DNA from: Salinisphaera sp.
GTDB taxonomy: Bacteria; Pseudomonadota; Gammaproteobacteria; Nevskiales; Salinisphaeraceae
Length of the DNA stretch: 64,000 nt
Direction: 5' to 3'
NCBI RefSeq assembly: GCF_002729955.1
Contig: NZ_PBYA01000033.1
Coordinates: 5,494 to 69,493 of the forward strand
The notes under the pieces were generated by a model, which saw nothing but the letters and a program-made list of their open reading frames with translations, was not told the DNA's origin and did not search any database. Positions within the stretch are counted from its first letter, which is position 1; each line of letters opens with the position of its first letter. Position numbers and translations under genes: made by a program. Shown one piece after another: positions 27,085 through 40,914 of the stretch.

Positions 27085-28596
27085 TCAAACGGCTTCGGAT
27101 TCCATGCCGAGTTCCTTGATCTTGCGCGTGAGCGTATTGCGGCCCCAGCCCAGCAGGCGCGCGGCTTCCTGACGGTGGCCATCGGTGCGCGCCAGGGCCG
27201 CACGGATCATCACCCGTTCCAGGCTCGGGATGGCCTCGTCGAGCAGATGATCGGCCCCTTCGGCCAGACGCTCTTCGGCCCAGTGCGCGAGCTGGTCGTC
27301 CCAGCGCTGTTCGCCGGCCACGGGCATCGTAGGAGGCGCTGCCGCCGTCGCGGTCGGTGAGGCGGCGGCCTGGGGTTTCGGCTCGGCCGGCGCGGGTGCA
27401 TTGGCTGCAGGCATGGCGCTGCCGTCGCGCAGTTCCTGTGGCAGATCCTCCAGCACGACCTCGCGGCCCGGCGCCATGACGGTGAGCCAGCGACACAGGT
27501 TTTCGAGCTGGCGAACGTTGCCCGCCCAATCCAGAGCGCTGAGAAACTGGCTGGCCTGCTTGCTCAGGCTCTTGAGTTCCATATCGAGCTCGCGCGCGGC
27601 GCGACCGAGGAAGAACTCAAGCAGCAGGGGAATATCCTCTCGGCGTTCGCGCAGCGGCGGCACGCGTAGCCGAATGACGTTCAGGCGATGGAACAGATCT
27701 TCGCGAAAACGGCCCTTGCGAACCTCTTTTTCCAGCTCCTGGTTGGTCGCCGCGATAATGCGTACGTCCACCGACACGGGCGTATGTCCGCCCACACGAT
27801 AGAACTGCCCGTCCTGGAGCACGCGCAACAGCCGGGTTTGCAGATCGGCCGGCATATCGCCGATTTCGTCCAGAAACAGAGTGCCGCCATGGGCCTGCTC
27901 GAAGCGCCCGCGGCGCTGGGCGGCCGCGCCCGTGAAGGCGCCTTTTTCATGGCCGAAGAACTCCGATTCCATCAGGTCTTTCGGAATCGCGGCGGTGTTC
28001 ACGGCGATGAACGGCCGGCTCGCCCGCGGGCTGTGCTCGTGCAGGGCATGGGCCACCAGTTCCTTGCCGGTGCCCGACTCGCCGGTGATCAGCACCGTGA
28101 TATTGGAGGCCGACAGGCGTCCGATGGCACGAAACACTTCCTGCATGGCCGGCGCTTCGCCGATGATGATCGAGGCCTGGGGCTTCGCGGCTTCGCTTTC
28201 CGGCTGGCCTTCGCGGGCCAGACGGGCCGCGCGCATCACCAGCTCGACCGCTTCGTCCAGATCGAACGGCTTGGGCAGGTATTCGAAGGCACCGCCGCGA
28301 TAGGCCGATACCGCGCTGTCCAGATCGGAATGCGCGGTCATGATGATGATCGGCAGCTCGGGCTTGCGCGCATGCACGCGCTCGAGCAGATCCAGGCCGG
28401 AGATGCCGGGCATACGGATATCGGTGAGCAGTACGTCGGGGGTCTGCTCGTCGAGGGCATCGAGCAGTTCGGCGCCGCCGGGAAAGGTCACGACGTCGAT
28501 ATCCGCGCTCTTGAGCGCGCGTTCGAGCACCCAGCGAATGGATTCGTCGTCGTCCACCACCCATGCCGAGAGCGTGCCTGTATTGCCTGTGCTCAT
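27085..28596 (-). CDS. ntrC: nitrogen regulation protein NR(I), sigma-54-dependent response regulator
   Basis: 503 aa. Receiver domain ([12 protein letters not shown]), AAA+ domain ([29 protein letters not shown]) and a C-terminal Fis-type HTH. A long Ala/Pro linker precedes the HTH. Confidence 0.95.
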   Translation of the reverse strand: MSTGNTGTLSAWVVDDDESIRWVLERALKSADIDVVTFPGGAELLDALDEQTPDVLLTDIRMPGISGLDLLERVHARKPELPIIIMTAHSDLDSAVSAYRGGAFEYLPKPFDLDEAVELVMRAARLAREGQPESEAAKPQASIIIGEAPAMQEVFRAIGRLSASNITVLITGESGTGKELVAHALHEHSPRASRPFIAVNTAAIPKDLMESEFFGHEKGAFTGAAAQRRGRFEQAHGGTLFLDEIGDMPADLQTRLLRVLQDGQFYRVGGHTPVSVDVRIIAATNQELEKEVRKGRFREDLFHRLNVIRLRVPPLRERREDIPLLLEFFLGRAARELDMELKSLSKQASQFLSALDWAGNVRQLENLCRWLTVMAPGREVVLEDLPQELRDGSAMPAANAPAPAEPKPQAAASPTATAAAPPTMPVAGEQRWDDQLAHWAEERLAEGADHLLDEAIPSLERVMIRAALARTDGHRQEAARLLGWGRNTLTRKIKELGMESEAV

Positions 28597-28617
28597 CGCG
28601 AACTCACCTTGTTCTGG

Positions 28618-29694
28618 CTAATCATCACCGGCCTCCAGGGGCAGGATGACGCTGAAAATAGTCTGCCCCGGGCGGCTTTCGCACTCGATCAGCCCGTGGT
28701 GCAGGTGAATGAGGTACTGGGCGATCGGCAGGCCCATGCCGGTGCCCTCGGCGCGCGAACTGACCATGGGGTGAAAGATGCGCGGCAGCAGATCGCGCGG
28801 GATGCCGGGCCCGTTGTCGACGACATCCACACGGACCACCAGCCGATGCTGGGTTCCGCCAATCGTGAACAGCCGCTGGGTACGGGTGCGTAGCAGGATC
28901 TCGCCGCTGCCATCGAGCGCGGTAACGGCATTGCCCACCAGATTGAAAAGCGTCTGGATGAGCTGCTCACGATCGGCCCTGATCTCTGGAATGCTCGGGT
29001 CGAAATCGCGCTTGAGTTCCACGCCCGGGGGCAGATCGGAGCTGATAAGCGCCCGCACATGCTCGAGCGGCTCGTGGATATTGAGCGGCTGCTTGTTGGG
29101 CGGACGCCTCGGCCCGAGCAGCCCGTCCACGAGGTTCTGCAGCCGATCGGCTTCGCGAATGATGACGGTGGTGAATTCCTTGAGCGCGTCGTCGTCGATC
29201 TCGCGTTCGAGCAGCTGGGCCGCGCCGCGCAGCCCGCCCAGCGGGTTCTTGATCTCGTGCGCCAGCCCGCGAATCATCTCGCGATTGGCCAGGTTCTGGA
29301 CCCGCATCTGATCGTCGCGGGATATGCGCAGCTGGCGGTCGAGCGAGAGGAACTCCAGCAGCAGCGCCGAGCCGCCGTTACGATCGGTGAACGGCGTGAC
29401 CGTGCAGTCCACTGTCAGCGGATCGCCCACGCCGGCGCGCAGATACAGCTCGCGCTCGGTGAAGGCCGCCCCCTTGTACAGGGCGGATTCGAGCTTTGCT
29501 CGATGGTCGGCAAGATAGGGCAGCGCCCGGTCGAACGGCTCGCTGCCGCAGTGGCGTGCCGATACCCCGAACAGCATTTCGCTGGCCGTATTCAGATAGG
29601 TCACCCGCAGGCGGGCATCCAGACAGACCACGGCGGTCTTCAGATTATCGAGGATGGTGTCGGGACGAACACCGATACTGTCGCGTGAACTCAT
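28618..29694 (-). CDS. ntrB: nitrogen regulation sensor histidine kinase NR(II)
   Basis: 358 aa. PAS N-terminus, H-box GLAHEIKNPLGG, and N/G boxes (DNGPGIP, GTGMGL). Confidence 0.95.
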   Translation of the reverse strand: MSSRDSIGVRPDTILDNLKTAVVCLDARLRVTYLNTASEMLFGVSARHCGSEPFDRALPYLADHRAKLESALYKGAAFTERELYLRAGVGDPLTVDCTVTPFTDRNGGSALLLEFLSLDRQLRISRDDQMRVQNLANREMIRGLAHEIKNPLGGLRGAAQLLEREIDDDALKEFTTVIIREADRLQNLVDGLLGPRRPPNKQPLNIHEPLEHVRALISSDLPPGVELKRDFDPSIPEIRADREQLIQTLFNLVGNAVTALDGSGEILLRTRTQRLFTIGGTQHRLVVRVDVVDNGPGIPRDLLPRIFHPMVSSRAEGTGMGLPIAQYLIHLHHGLIECESRPGQTIFSVILPLEAGDD

Positions 29695-29761
29695 GACGCA
29701 GGGGAAAGCAAGACTTGGGCCAGTGCCGACATCCCGCGCGACGGGACTGCGACAACGCTAT

Positions 29762-29778
29762 TGCACCATCATAGTGCT
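29762..29778. promoter_or_regulatory. NtrC-binding-site-like dyad upstream of ntrB
   Basis: TGCACCATCATAGTGCT resembles the TGCACC-N5-GGTGCA consensus. Its position is analogous to NtrC autoregulation at glnLp. Confidence 0.45.
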
Positions 29779-29891
29779 ATGCGTGTCGTCCTGCGTCTTC
29801 GGCAGGGCATTTACCCTGCGGCGGGCCGGGTTCGTCCAACGCCGGGGCGTAAAGCGCTAACCGCCCGCCCGAGGGGGAAAAACGCTGCTGC

Positions 29892-30578
29892 CTAACTTGG
29901 CGGTGCGGCCAGGCCGCCCCCCGTATTCAAGCGCGGGGTACTGGGCGCGCCGCCCACGTTGCCCGCTGCCGGTGCAGCGGTGGAGGTACCCGGCGAATCA
30001 CTGTTGCCTGCATCGCCGCCGGCGTTCTGGCCGCTGTTCAACGGCGAGATCGCAGAGGGCGGTTTCATGTAGAAGGTCACGGGTTCGGTACGGCGCAGTT
30101 CGGTGCCCTGATACAGCAGGGCCGCACTGAGCGTATGAGTTCCACGTGGCACATTGCCCAGCGACAGCTGGGTATCGTCGGTCGGCGATTGCGGGATCGG
30201 GCTGCCGTCGAGGTAATAGGTGATCTGCTCGCCGTCGCGCAGCTCGGGCGAACCGCTGATTTCGACCGATACCGGTACGATGCCGCGGGCATCCCGGAAG
30301 GTCTGCTCGGGCTCTGGGCTCACGAGCGTTGGCATGCGCGATTCGGCGTTGTTCTTTCGCGAACGCGCGCGGTCGGAGGCGGCCTGAAGCTCCTGCAGGG
30401 CATCGGGGTTGCCGTCCACCGTTTGCAGCCCGGGCAGGTTGGCCCGTTTGGCCCCCTGGCTCTTGGCGCTGTCGCTGTAATGGCGCACACCCTGGGCATC
30501 CACCCAGGTATAGATATCGGCATGGGCCGTGCCCACGGCGGCGAGGGCGAGAAGCAACAGCGCGATAGAGGTTTTCAT
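29892..30578 (-). CDS. DUF4124 domain-containing secreted protein
   Basis: 228 aa. Signal peptide, then DIYTWVDAQGVRHYSD (DUF4124 hallmark). Located between glnA and ntrB. Confidence 0.8.
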   Translation of the reverse strand: MKTSIALLLLALAAVGTAHADIYTWVDAQGVRHYSDSAKSQGAKRANLPGLQTVDGNPDALQELQAASDRARSRKNNAESRMPTLVSPEPEQTFRDARGIVPVSVEISGSPELRDGEQITYYLDGSPIPQSPTDDTQLSLGNVPRGTHTLSAALLYQGTELRRTEPVTFYMKPPSAISPLNSGQNAGGDAGNSDSPGTSTAAPAAGNVGGAPSTPRLNTGGGLAAPPS

Positions 30579-30607
30579 GGCTTCAATCTAGCGCGAAGCG
30601 CGAACAT

Positions 30608-30640
30608 AAAAAAGGGCGCGTCCGATAAAAGGACGCGCCC
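30608..30640 (-). terminator. intrinsic terminator after glnA
   Basis: Minus strand GGGCGCGTCC-TTTTATC-GGACGCGCCC followed by T6. Confidence 0.8.
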
Positions 30641-30707
30641 TGCCGGCCAGCGGCGTCGTGCGATCAAACGCACATGCCCCGGCCTCCCCTGAAGCGGGGG
30701 TCCTGCC

Positions 30708-32117
30708 TTAGCAGGAGTAGTACATGTCGAACTCGGCCGGATGCGTGCTCATCTTCATGCGCAGCACTTCTTCCATCTTGAGTTCGATATAGCCGTCGAT
30801 CAGATCGTCGGTGAACACATCGCCCTTCTTGAGGAATTCGCGGTCTTCGTCGAGGGCCTTGAGCGCTTCTTCTAGCGACTGGGCCACGGTCGGGATCGCT
30901 TTTTCCTCTTCCGGCGGCAGATCGTAGAGATCCTTGTCCATGGCTTCGCCCGGATGGATCTTGTTCTGGATGCCGTCGAGGCCCGCCATCATCATCACCG
31001 AGAAGGCGAGATAGGGGTTGGCGGTCGGATCGGGGAAGCGCACCTCGATACGACGGGCCTTCGGGCTGGACACCCACGGAATACGGATCGAAGCGGAACG
31101 GTTGCGCGCCGAGTACGCCAGCAGCACCGGCGCCTCGAAGCCCTTGACCAGACGCTTGTAGCTGTTGGTCGAGGCGTTGGCAAAGGCGTTGATCGCCTTG
31201 GCATGCTTGATGATGCCGCCGATGTAGTACAGGGCTTCTTCCGACAGACCGCCGTACTCTTCACCCGAGAAGATGTTCTTGCCGTCCTTGGACAGCGACT
31301 GATGCACGTGCATACCGGAGCCGTTGTCGCCGACCAGCGGCTTGGGCATGAATGTCGCCGTGCGGCCGAAGCTGTGGGCGACGTTGTGCACGCAGTACTT
31401 GTAGATCAGCGTTTCGTCGGCCTTCTTGACCAGCGTATTGAACAGCATGCCGATCTCGCCCTGGCCGGCGGTGCCCACTTCGTGGTGGTGCACTTCGACG
31501 GTCAGGCCCATTTCTTCCATGGCCAGACACATGGCCGAACGCATGTCCTGATGGGAATCGACCGGCGGGACCGGGAAGTAGCCGCCCTTGATACCCGGGC
31601 GATGGCCCATGTTGCCTTCCGGATACTGCTTGGCGCTGTTCCAGTAGCCTTCTTCGGAATCGATCGCGAAACCGGCGCCCTTCATTTCGTTCTGCCAGGT
31701 CACGGAATCGAAGACGAAGAACTCGGCTTCCGGGCCGAAATAGGCCGTATCCGCGATGCCGGTGGAGGCCAGATAGGCCTCGGCACGCTTGGCGACGGTG
31801 CGCGGGTCGCGCTCGTAGCCCATCATGGTGTTGGGTTCGAGTACGTCGCAGCGAATGATGACCGTGGGTTCTTCGAAGAACGGGTCCAGCACCGCCGTGC
31901 TGTCGTCGGGCATGAGCACCATGTCCGACTCGTTGATGCCTTTCCAGCCGTCGATCGACGAGCCGTCGAACATCTTGCCTTCTTCCATGAACTCTTCGTC
32001 GACGATATGCGCGGGCATCGTCACGTGTTGTTCCTTGCCGCGCGTATCGCAGAAGCGGAAGTCGACGAACTTCGCCTCGGTTTCCTTGATCAGCTTGAGC
32101 GCTTCGCTACTCGCCAT
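30708..32117 (-). CDS. glnA: glutamine synthetase type I
   Basis: Start trimmed to ATG 32117 (AAGGAG SD): [31 protein letters not shown]. Full-length GSI, including the adenylylation-site region. Confidence 0.97.
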   Translation of the reverse strand: MASSEALKLIKETEAKFVDFRFCDTRGKEQHVTMPAHIVDEEFMEEGKMFDGSSIDGWKGINESDMVLMPDDSTAVLDPFFEEPTVIIRCDVLEPNTMMGYERDPRTVAKRAEAYLASTGIADTAYFGPEAEFFVFDSVTWQNEMKGAGFAIDSEEGYWNSAKQYPEGNMGHRPGIKGGYFPVPPVDSHQDMRSAMCLAMEEMGLTVEVHHHEVGTAGQGEIGMLFNTLVKKADETLIYKYCVHNVAHSFGRTATFMPKPLVGDNGSGMHVHQSLSKDGKNIFSGEEYGGLSEEALYYIGGIIKHAKAINAFANASTNSYKRLVKGFEAPVLLAYSARNRSASIRIPWVSSPKARRIEVRFPDPTANPYLAFSVMMMAGLDGIQNKIHPGEAMDKDLYDLPPEEEKAIPTVAQSLEEALKALDEDREFLKKGDVFTDDLIDGYIELKMEEVLRMKMSTHPAEFDMYYSC

Positions 32118-32187
32118 TGATGACTCCTTGTATGTAGAACCCGTTCGAACTGTCTGGTGCAGAGCAACGAGGATAGCCACTATAAAG

Positions 32188-32202
32188 GCAGAATCCGTGC
32201 CA
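32188..32202 (-). promoter_or_regulatory. sigma-54 promoter (-24/-12) of glnA
   Basis: Minus strand TGGCACGGATTCTGC fits TGGCAC-N5-TTGC (one mismatch in the -12 element). Confidence 0.6.
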
Positions 32203-32234
32203 CGTCATCTTTGCCTTTTTTCGGGTCACAGGGC

Positions 32235-32279
32235 GGTGCTACGCACCTATACGGAGCAAATACAGCACCAAAATAGTGC
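32235..32279. promoter_or_regulatory. two NtrC-type enhancer dyads upstream of glnA
   Basis: GGTGCTACGCACC (32235-32247) and GCACCAAAATAGTGC (32265-32279). Both are GCAC...GTGC dyads upstream of the sigma-54 promoter. Confidence 0.5.
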
Positions 32280-32376
32280 TTAAGAGTTCATCTGCACTTA
32301 TTTGATGCGTAGCAGCGCGAAACCATGGAAGAGGCCTGTTTCGTTATACTCCGCGCTCGAACACAGGACAGTTTGC

Positions 32377-33269
<893 letters not shown>

Positions 33270-33273
<4 letters not shown>

Positions 33274-35351
33274 CCGCCGCTACGCTACTCATCGAAATCG
33301 GGGTGGAAGAACTGCCCCCCAAAGCCATGCGTACGCTTGCCGATGCCTTTGCCGACGGCGTCACCAGCGCGCTGTCCGAAGCCGGGCTCGCGCTGGGTGC
33401 TACGACGCGTTATGCCACGCCGCGCCGACTGGCCGTGGCGATCGCCGATGTCGCCGAGGCCACCGACCCCGTCGCCGTGGAAAAAGCCGGGCCGACGCTT
33501 GCCATTGCCTATGACGAGGCCGGCCAGCCCACCAAGGCCGCCGAAGGCTTTGCGCGCTCTCTGGGCACGACCGTGGACGCGCTCGAGCACGAGGATAGCG
33601 ACAAGGGCGAACGCCTGGTCTATCGCGCCACCGAGCCGGGCAAGCCGATCGCTACGCTGATCCAGCCCGCGGTCGATCAGGCGATCAAGCGTCTGCCCAT
33701 CCCCAAGCTGATGCGCTGGGGCGACAGTGAAGCCGCCTTCGTACGCCCGGTTCACTGGGTCGTCGCCCTGCACGGCGATGAGATCGTGCCGCTCAACGTT
33801 TTCGAACAAAGCGCGGACCGCGAGACCTTCGGCCATCGCTTCCATCACCCGGCGGCGATCGAGCTCGCGCGCGCCGACGACTATGCGAAGGCGCTGAACG
33901 ACGCCTGGGTCGTGGTCGACCCGGACGTTCGCCGGCAACGTATCGTCGAACAGGTGGAACAGGCCGCAGCCGATTTCGGCGGCCGCGCCCTGATCGACGA
34001 TGGCCTGGTCGAAGAAGTGACCGCGCTCGTGGAATGGCCTGTCGGCATTGCCGGGCGCTTTGACGAGCGTTTTCTGGTCCTTCCGCGCGAGGTGCTCATT
34101 TCCACGCTGCAGGAACATCAGCGTTATTTCCCGATCGAGAACGAGGCCGGCGAGCTTCTGGCCGGTTTCATTACCGTGGCCAATATCGAAAGCCGCGACG
34201 TGGCCCAGGTGATTGCCGGCAACGAGCGTGTGGTCCGTCCACGCCTATCCGACGCGCTGTTCTTCTGGGATCAGGATCGTCGCCAGGGGCTTGCCCATCA
34301 TGTTGACGGGCTTGCACGGGTGACCTTCCAGCAGTCACTGGGCTCGCTGGCCGACAAGAGTGCACGCATCGCCAAGGCAGGCGAGCGTCTGGTCGCGCCG
34401 ACCGGCGCTTCGGCACCGGCCGTCGCACGGGCAGCAGAACTCGCCAAGGCCGATTTGCTGACGGAGATGGTCGGCGAATTCCCCGACCTGCAGGGCCTCA
34501 TGGGCTTCTACTATGCCGAGGCGGACGGCGAACCCACCGAAGTGGCCCGAGCGATCGCCGAGCAGTATGCGCCGGCGCGTGCCGGTGCCGACATCGCCGC
34601 CACGCCCGCCGGGCGCGCGCTGGCCCTGGCCGACCGGCTGGATACGCTCAGCGGCATTTTTGCCATCGGACGCCGGCCAAGCGGCGACAAGGATCCGTTC
34701 GGCCTTCGTCGTGCCGCCCTGGGGGTTTTGAGAACCGTCATCGAAGCCGGCATCGTGCTCGACCTGCGGGCCGAACTCTCGGCTGCGCTCGCCAACCAGC
34801 CGGTGGAAGCACAAGCCGATACGCTCGACGCGCTCTGGATGTTCCACATGGAACGTCTACGTGGCTACTATGCCGATCAGGGGATCGGTACCGACCGCTT
34901 CGAGGCAGTCGCCAATCTCGAGCTCACCGACCTGGTCGATTTCGATCGTCGGATCCGTGCGCTCGATGCCTTTGGCCGCGAAAGCAGCGCCCAGACGGTA
35001 TGCGGCGCACACAAGCGCATCCGCAATATCCTGCGACGCAATGCTGACGAGCTTGAAGGTCGCGCCTTCGATACCGCCACGCTCACCGAGCCGGCCGAAC
35101 GCGATCTTGCCGCGGCTTATGCAGCCCAACACGACGTGGTCGTCGAGAAAATGCAGGCGCGAAACCCAACCGAGGCGCTGGCAGCGTTGGCGGCGCTCGC
35201 CGAGCCCCTGGACGGCTTCTTCGATCAAGTGATGGTCATGGCCGACGACCCCTCACTCAGACAGAATCGACTGGCCCTGCTCAGCCTGCTCGACGAACTC
35301 TGCCGAGAGGTGGCCGATATCTCCTGTCTATCGCTCGAGCAGAGCGATTAG
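33270..35351 (+). CDS. glyS: glycine--tRNA ligase beta subunit
   Basis: 693 aa. ATGA overlap with gly[19 protein letters not shown] is the typical N-terminus. Confidence 0.96.
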
Positions 35352-35384
35352 ACTGGTCGGCGAACATTTGTCGGGCGATGCCTC

Positions 35385-35945
35385 ATGAAGCTCATCATTC
35401 TGGACCGCGACGGCGTCATTAACGAAGACAGCGACGACTACATCAAGTCGCCTGCCGAATGGCGCCCGCTTCCCGGTAGCCTGGAGGCGGTGCTCAAGCT
35501 CAAGAACGCGGGCTACCGTGTCGTGGTCGCCAGCAACCAGTCCGGTCTCGCACGCGGGCTGTTCGACTACGACACGCTGTTCGCCATCCACGACAAGATG
35601 ACCCGCATGCTCGCCGATATCGGCACCCATGTGGACGGTATCTTCTTCTGCCCACACGGGCCGGAGGACGGCTGCAGCTGCCGCAAACCCGGCACGGGGC
35701 TGCTCGACGATATCGCCAAACGCTTTGGGCGCACGCTCAGCGGGACGCCGTTCATCGGCGACAGCATTTCGGATGTCCAGGCCGCACAAGCGGCCGGGGC
35801 CACGCCCCTTGTCGTACGCACCGGCAAGCCGGTCGATGACAGCGCCGCGGAACTGGCGGGCGTCGACGTTTACGACGATCTGGCCAGCGCAGCCGACAGC
35901 CTGATCGCCCGCGACAAATCCCGCGCCCATAAAAAAGGCGGCTAG
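35385..35945 (+). CDS. gmhB: D-glycero-beta-D-manno-heptose 1,7-bisphosphate 7-phosphatase
   Basis: 186 aa. HAD motif I ILDRDGVIN, a Zn-binding CPHGPEDGCSCRKP loop, and GDSISD. Confidence 0.9.
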   Translation: MKLIILDRDGVINEDSDDYIKSPAEWRPLPGSLEAVLKLKNAGYRVVVASNQSGLARGLFDYDTLFAIHDKMTRMLADIGTHVDGIFFCPHGPEDGCSCRKPGTGLLDDIAKRFGRTLSGTPFIGDSISDVQAAQAAGATPLVVRTGKPVDDSAAELAGVDVYDDLASAADSLIARDKSRAHKKGG

Positions 35946-35991
35946 AAAGCCGCCTTTTCACGTCTGGCCGGCATTCAGCATGCCGGCATGG

Positions 35992-38415
<2,424 letters not shown>

Positions 38416-38476
38416 TCACCGCGTCGTGAGCTAAATGGGTGCAAGTCAACCCATGGATTCTAGCATGTTAGGCCAT

Positions 38477-39550
38477 TCAGCCGCGGCGTAGCGTCCCATG
38501 TTCCACGTGGAACATCGCACCGTCTTTGAGGGCGTCGGGTACCAGACTCGGTTCGAGGAAAGTCAGGAAACACTGGCCACCAAGCCCCGCGATTTCTTCG
38601 GCGAGAACCTGCCGGTAGCGTGCGCCCAATTCGGCGGCCATATCGTCGATCAGCAAAACGGGGCGCACTTGTCGACGGGCATATAAAAGCCGAGCCTGAG
38701 TAAGCAGCATCGCCGTGGTCAGGATTTTCTGTTGACCTCGCGATACCCAGTCGCGAGCGGCGGCCGTAGCGATCGATACACGAAGGTCAGCACGGTGTGG
38801 GCCCTGTTGGGTGAAACCTGCGCGCACGTCCTGATCGAGCGACGCAGCGAGTGCTGCGCCATAGCCGTCCTCTCCGCGCCACCCACAGTCGTATTCGAGA
38901 ACGACAGGCTCGTCGCCGAGGAGCTTGGCCGACTGGTCCGGCAGGTTCGCATACAGATGGTCGATATAGGCGCGACGAGAAGCGTCCACTATTTCTGCCG
39001 CACGGACGAGCTCCGCATCCCATACAACGATGTCTGCTTTTGACATGCGCGACTTCAACGCGCGATTACGTTGTTTGAGGGCGCGCCTGAATCGTCGCCA
39101 TGCTGGAAAGAAAGCGTGTTCCACGTGAAACACGCCCCAGTCGAGGAAATGCCGCCGATAGCGGGGACCCTGTTCGAGCAGGCGGTGAACGTTAGGGTCC
39201 ACCATTTGCAGGGGCAGCGTGCTGATTAGGTCGATTCGGTTGGTGTTGCTTTCGCCATCGCGACGATATTTGATACCGCGCTTGTCCCGACTGACGCCGA
39301 GGCGATGAGATCGGCCGTCCGGCACGGCGATGTCACCGGTCACAGTGAAGGCGCTCGCGCCTGCACGTATTGCTGGACGAGGTCCGGACTGGCGAAACGA
39401 CTGACCACGACCCAGAAAATAGATCGCCTCGAGCAAGGTGGTCTTGCCCGAGGCGTTGTCGCCGGTAATGACGTTAATCGATGGATCAGGTTCGATGTCC
39501 GCTGAGGCGAAGCAGCGAAAATCGTGCAGGCGAAGACGCGTTAGATGCAT
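38477..39550 (-). CDS. recF: DNA replication/repair protein RecF
   Basis: 357 aa. Walker A GDNASGKTTLLEAI. Position between dnaN and gyrB. Confidence 0.95.
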   Translation of the reverse strand: MHLTRLRLHDFRCFASADIEPDPSINVITGDNASGKTTLLEAIYFLGRGQSFRQSGPRPAIRAGASAFTVTGDIAVPDGRSHRLGVSRDKRGIKYRRDGESNTNRIDLISTLPLQMVDPNVHRLLEQGPRYRRHFLDWGVFHVEHAFFPAWRRFRRALKQRNRALKSRMSKADIVVWDAELVRAAEIVDASRRAYIDHLYANLPDQSAKLLGDEPVVLEYDCGWRGEDGYGAALAASLDQDVRAGFTQQGPHRADLRVSIATAAARDWVSRGQQKILTTAMLLTQARLLYARRQVRPVLLIDDMAAELGARYRQVLAEEIAGLGGQCFLTFLEPSLVPDALKDGAMFHVEHGTLRRG

Positions 39551-39561
39551 TCGAACCCGAT

Positions 39562-40662
39562 CTAGAGCCGCATCGGCATAACGACATACCGCGTGGCCGG
39601 ATCGTTGACGCTCTGCAGGAGGCCACTGCTATCGGGGCCTGACAAGGAAAGCGTGAACTCACCGCTATCCATCGCGCCGAGCGCTTCCAGCAAATAGTTG
39701 ACGTTAAAACCGATTTCAATCGGATCGTTGTCGTACGTTACCTGGATTTCGTCTTCGGCTTCTTCGCGTTCCACGTTCTGAGCCTGTAGCCGAAGACTGT
39801 GTTCGCCCAGCGCAAGGCGTACACCGCCGAACTTTTCATTCGAGAGAATCGCGGTACGAGACAGGGCTTGGCGAATCGTGTCCCGATCTGCGTGCATCTG
39901 CTTATCGGCCTGATCCGGGATCACCCGTTCGTAGTCCGGAAATCGTCCGTCTATCAGCTTGGTGGTGAACACCAGGCCAGGCAGCTGCAAACGCAGGTGC
40001 TTGGACGACAACTGAAGATTGATTTCGGCTTCGCTCGAGTCCAGTAGGCGTACCAGCTCGGTGATTGCCTTGCGGGGCACGATCGCCTGAATCGGTTCGT
40101 CGATCTCGATATTGAGTGGCGTATCGCTTAACGCCAGACGATGACCATCGGTTGCGACACAACGAGCGCGGTCGGTTCTGAGTGCGAGCAGCAGGCCGTT
40201 CAGGTAATAGCGCACGTCCTGATGGGCCATCGCGAAGTGGGTGCGATCGAGCAAGCCTTTGAGAAGTCGTTCTGGAATAGAGATCTGTTGTCCGGTTTCC
40301 ACCTCATCCAGATAAGGCCAATCCTGAGCCGCCATGGTTGACAGGGTAAAGCGCGAGCGCCCGGACTGAACGCGAGTCTGCTGGCCGTCATGCTCCAGCG
40401 TGATTTCTGCGTCGTCCGGCAGGCCACGACAGATATCGAGCAGTTTGCGAGCCGGGATTGCAGCGGCACCCGGCTGGCTGATCACTGCGGGCGTATCAGT
40501 GATGAGCTCGAGTTCGAGGTCAGTCGCCGTCACCACGATCCGATCGTTTTCTGCCTTGATCAATACGTTCGACAGGATGGGCATCGTCTGACGGCGTTCG
40601 ACTACGCCGATGACGGTTTGAAGGGCAGAAAGCAAATCCTTGCGCTGCACCGTGAATTGCAT
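39562..40662 (-). CDS. dnaN: DNA polymerase III beta sliding clamp
   Basis: 366 aa. MQFTVQRKDLLSALQTVIGVVERRQTMPILSNVLI... ending MPMRL. Confidence 0.97.
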   Translation of the reverse strand: MQFTVQRKDLLSALQTVIGVVERRQTMPILSNVLIKAENDRIVVTATDLELELITDTPAVISQPGAAAIPARKLLDICRGLPDDAEITLEHDGQQTRVQSGRSRFTLSTMAAQDWPYLDEVETGQQISIPERLLKGLLDRTHFAMAHQDVRYYLNGLLLALRTDRARCVATDGHRLALSDTPLNIEIDEPIQAIVPRKAITELVRLLDSSEAEINLQLSSKHLRLQLPGLVFTTKLIDGRFPDYERVIPDQADKQMHADRDTIRQALSRTAILSNEKFGGVRLALGEHSLRLQAQNVEREEAEDEIQVTYDNDPIEIGFNVNYLLEALGAMDSGEFTLSLSGPDSSGLLQSVNDPATRYVVMPMRL

Positions 40663-40914
40663 GGCGGTCTCCCGAGGCAGTCGGCCTTATTGTCTTTTAA
40701 GGCTTAAAAAAAGTTAGTCGTAGTAGTAACTACGGTGGCTTGATTCTGTTGAAAATCGATTTAATTATATTTAAATCAATCGCTTATACTAATGACAACC
40801 CTGTAGTGAACAGGGTTTGGATGTTGTTGCTTGCATGTGGACAAAGTGTGCGTTCTTTCGCAGCCGCAGCCTCGTTATTCGTTCACGAGGCGTTGGCCCC
40901 CAGCTTATCCACAG
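40663..40914. other. candidate chromosomal replication origin (oriC) in the dnaA-dnaN spacer
   Basis: 252-bp non-coding gap, markedly AT-rich for this genome, especially 40741-40800 (GAAAATCGATTTAATTATATTTAAATCAATCGCTTATACTAATGAC). A perfect DnaA box TTATCCACA sits at 40905-40913 and a one-mismatch box TGTGGACAA at 40836-40844. Confidence 0.45.

Noticed and set aside
35967-35987. GCCGGCAT-TCAGC-ATGCCGGC hairpin between convergent gmhB and gyrB, considered as a bidirectional terminator
   Set aside because: The stem is good but there is no flanking T/A-run on either side. This is insufficient to call an intrinsic terminator with confidence.
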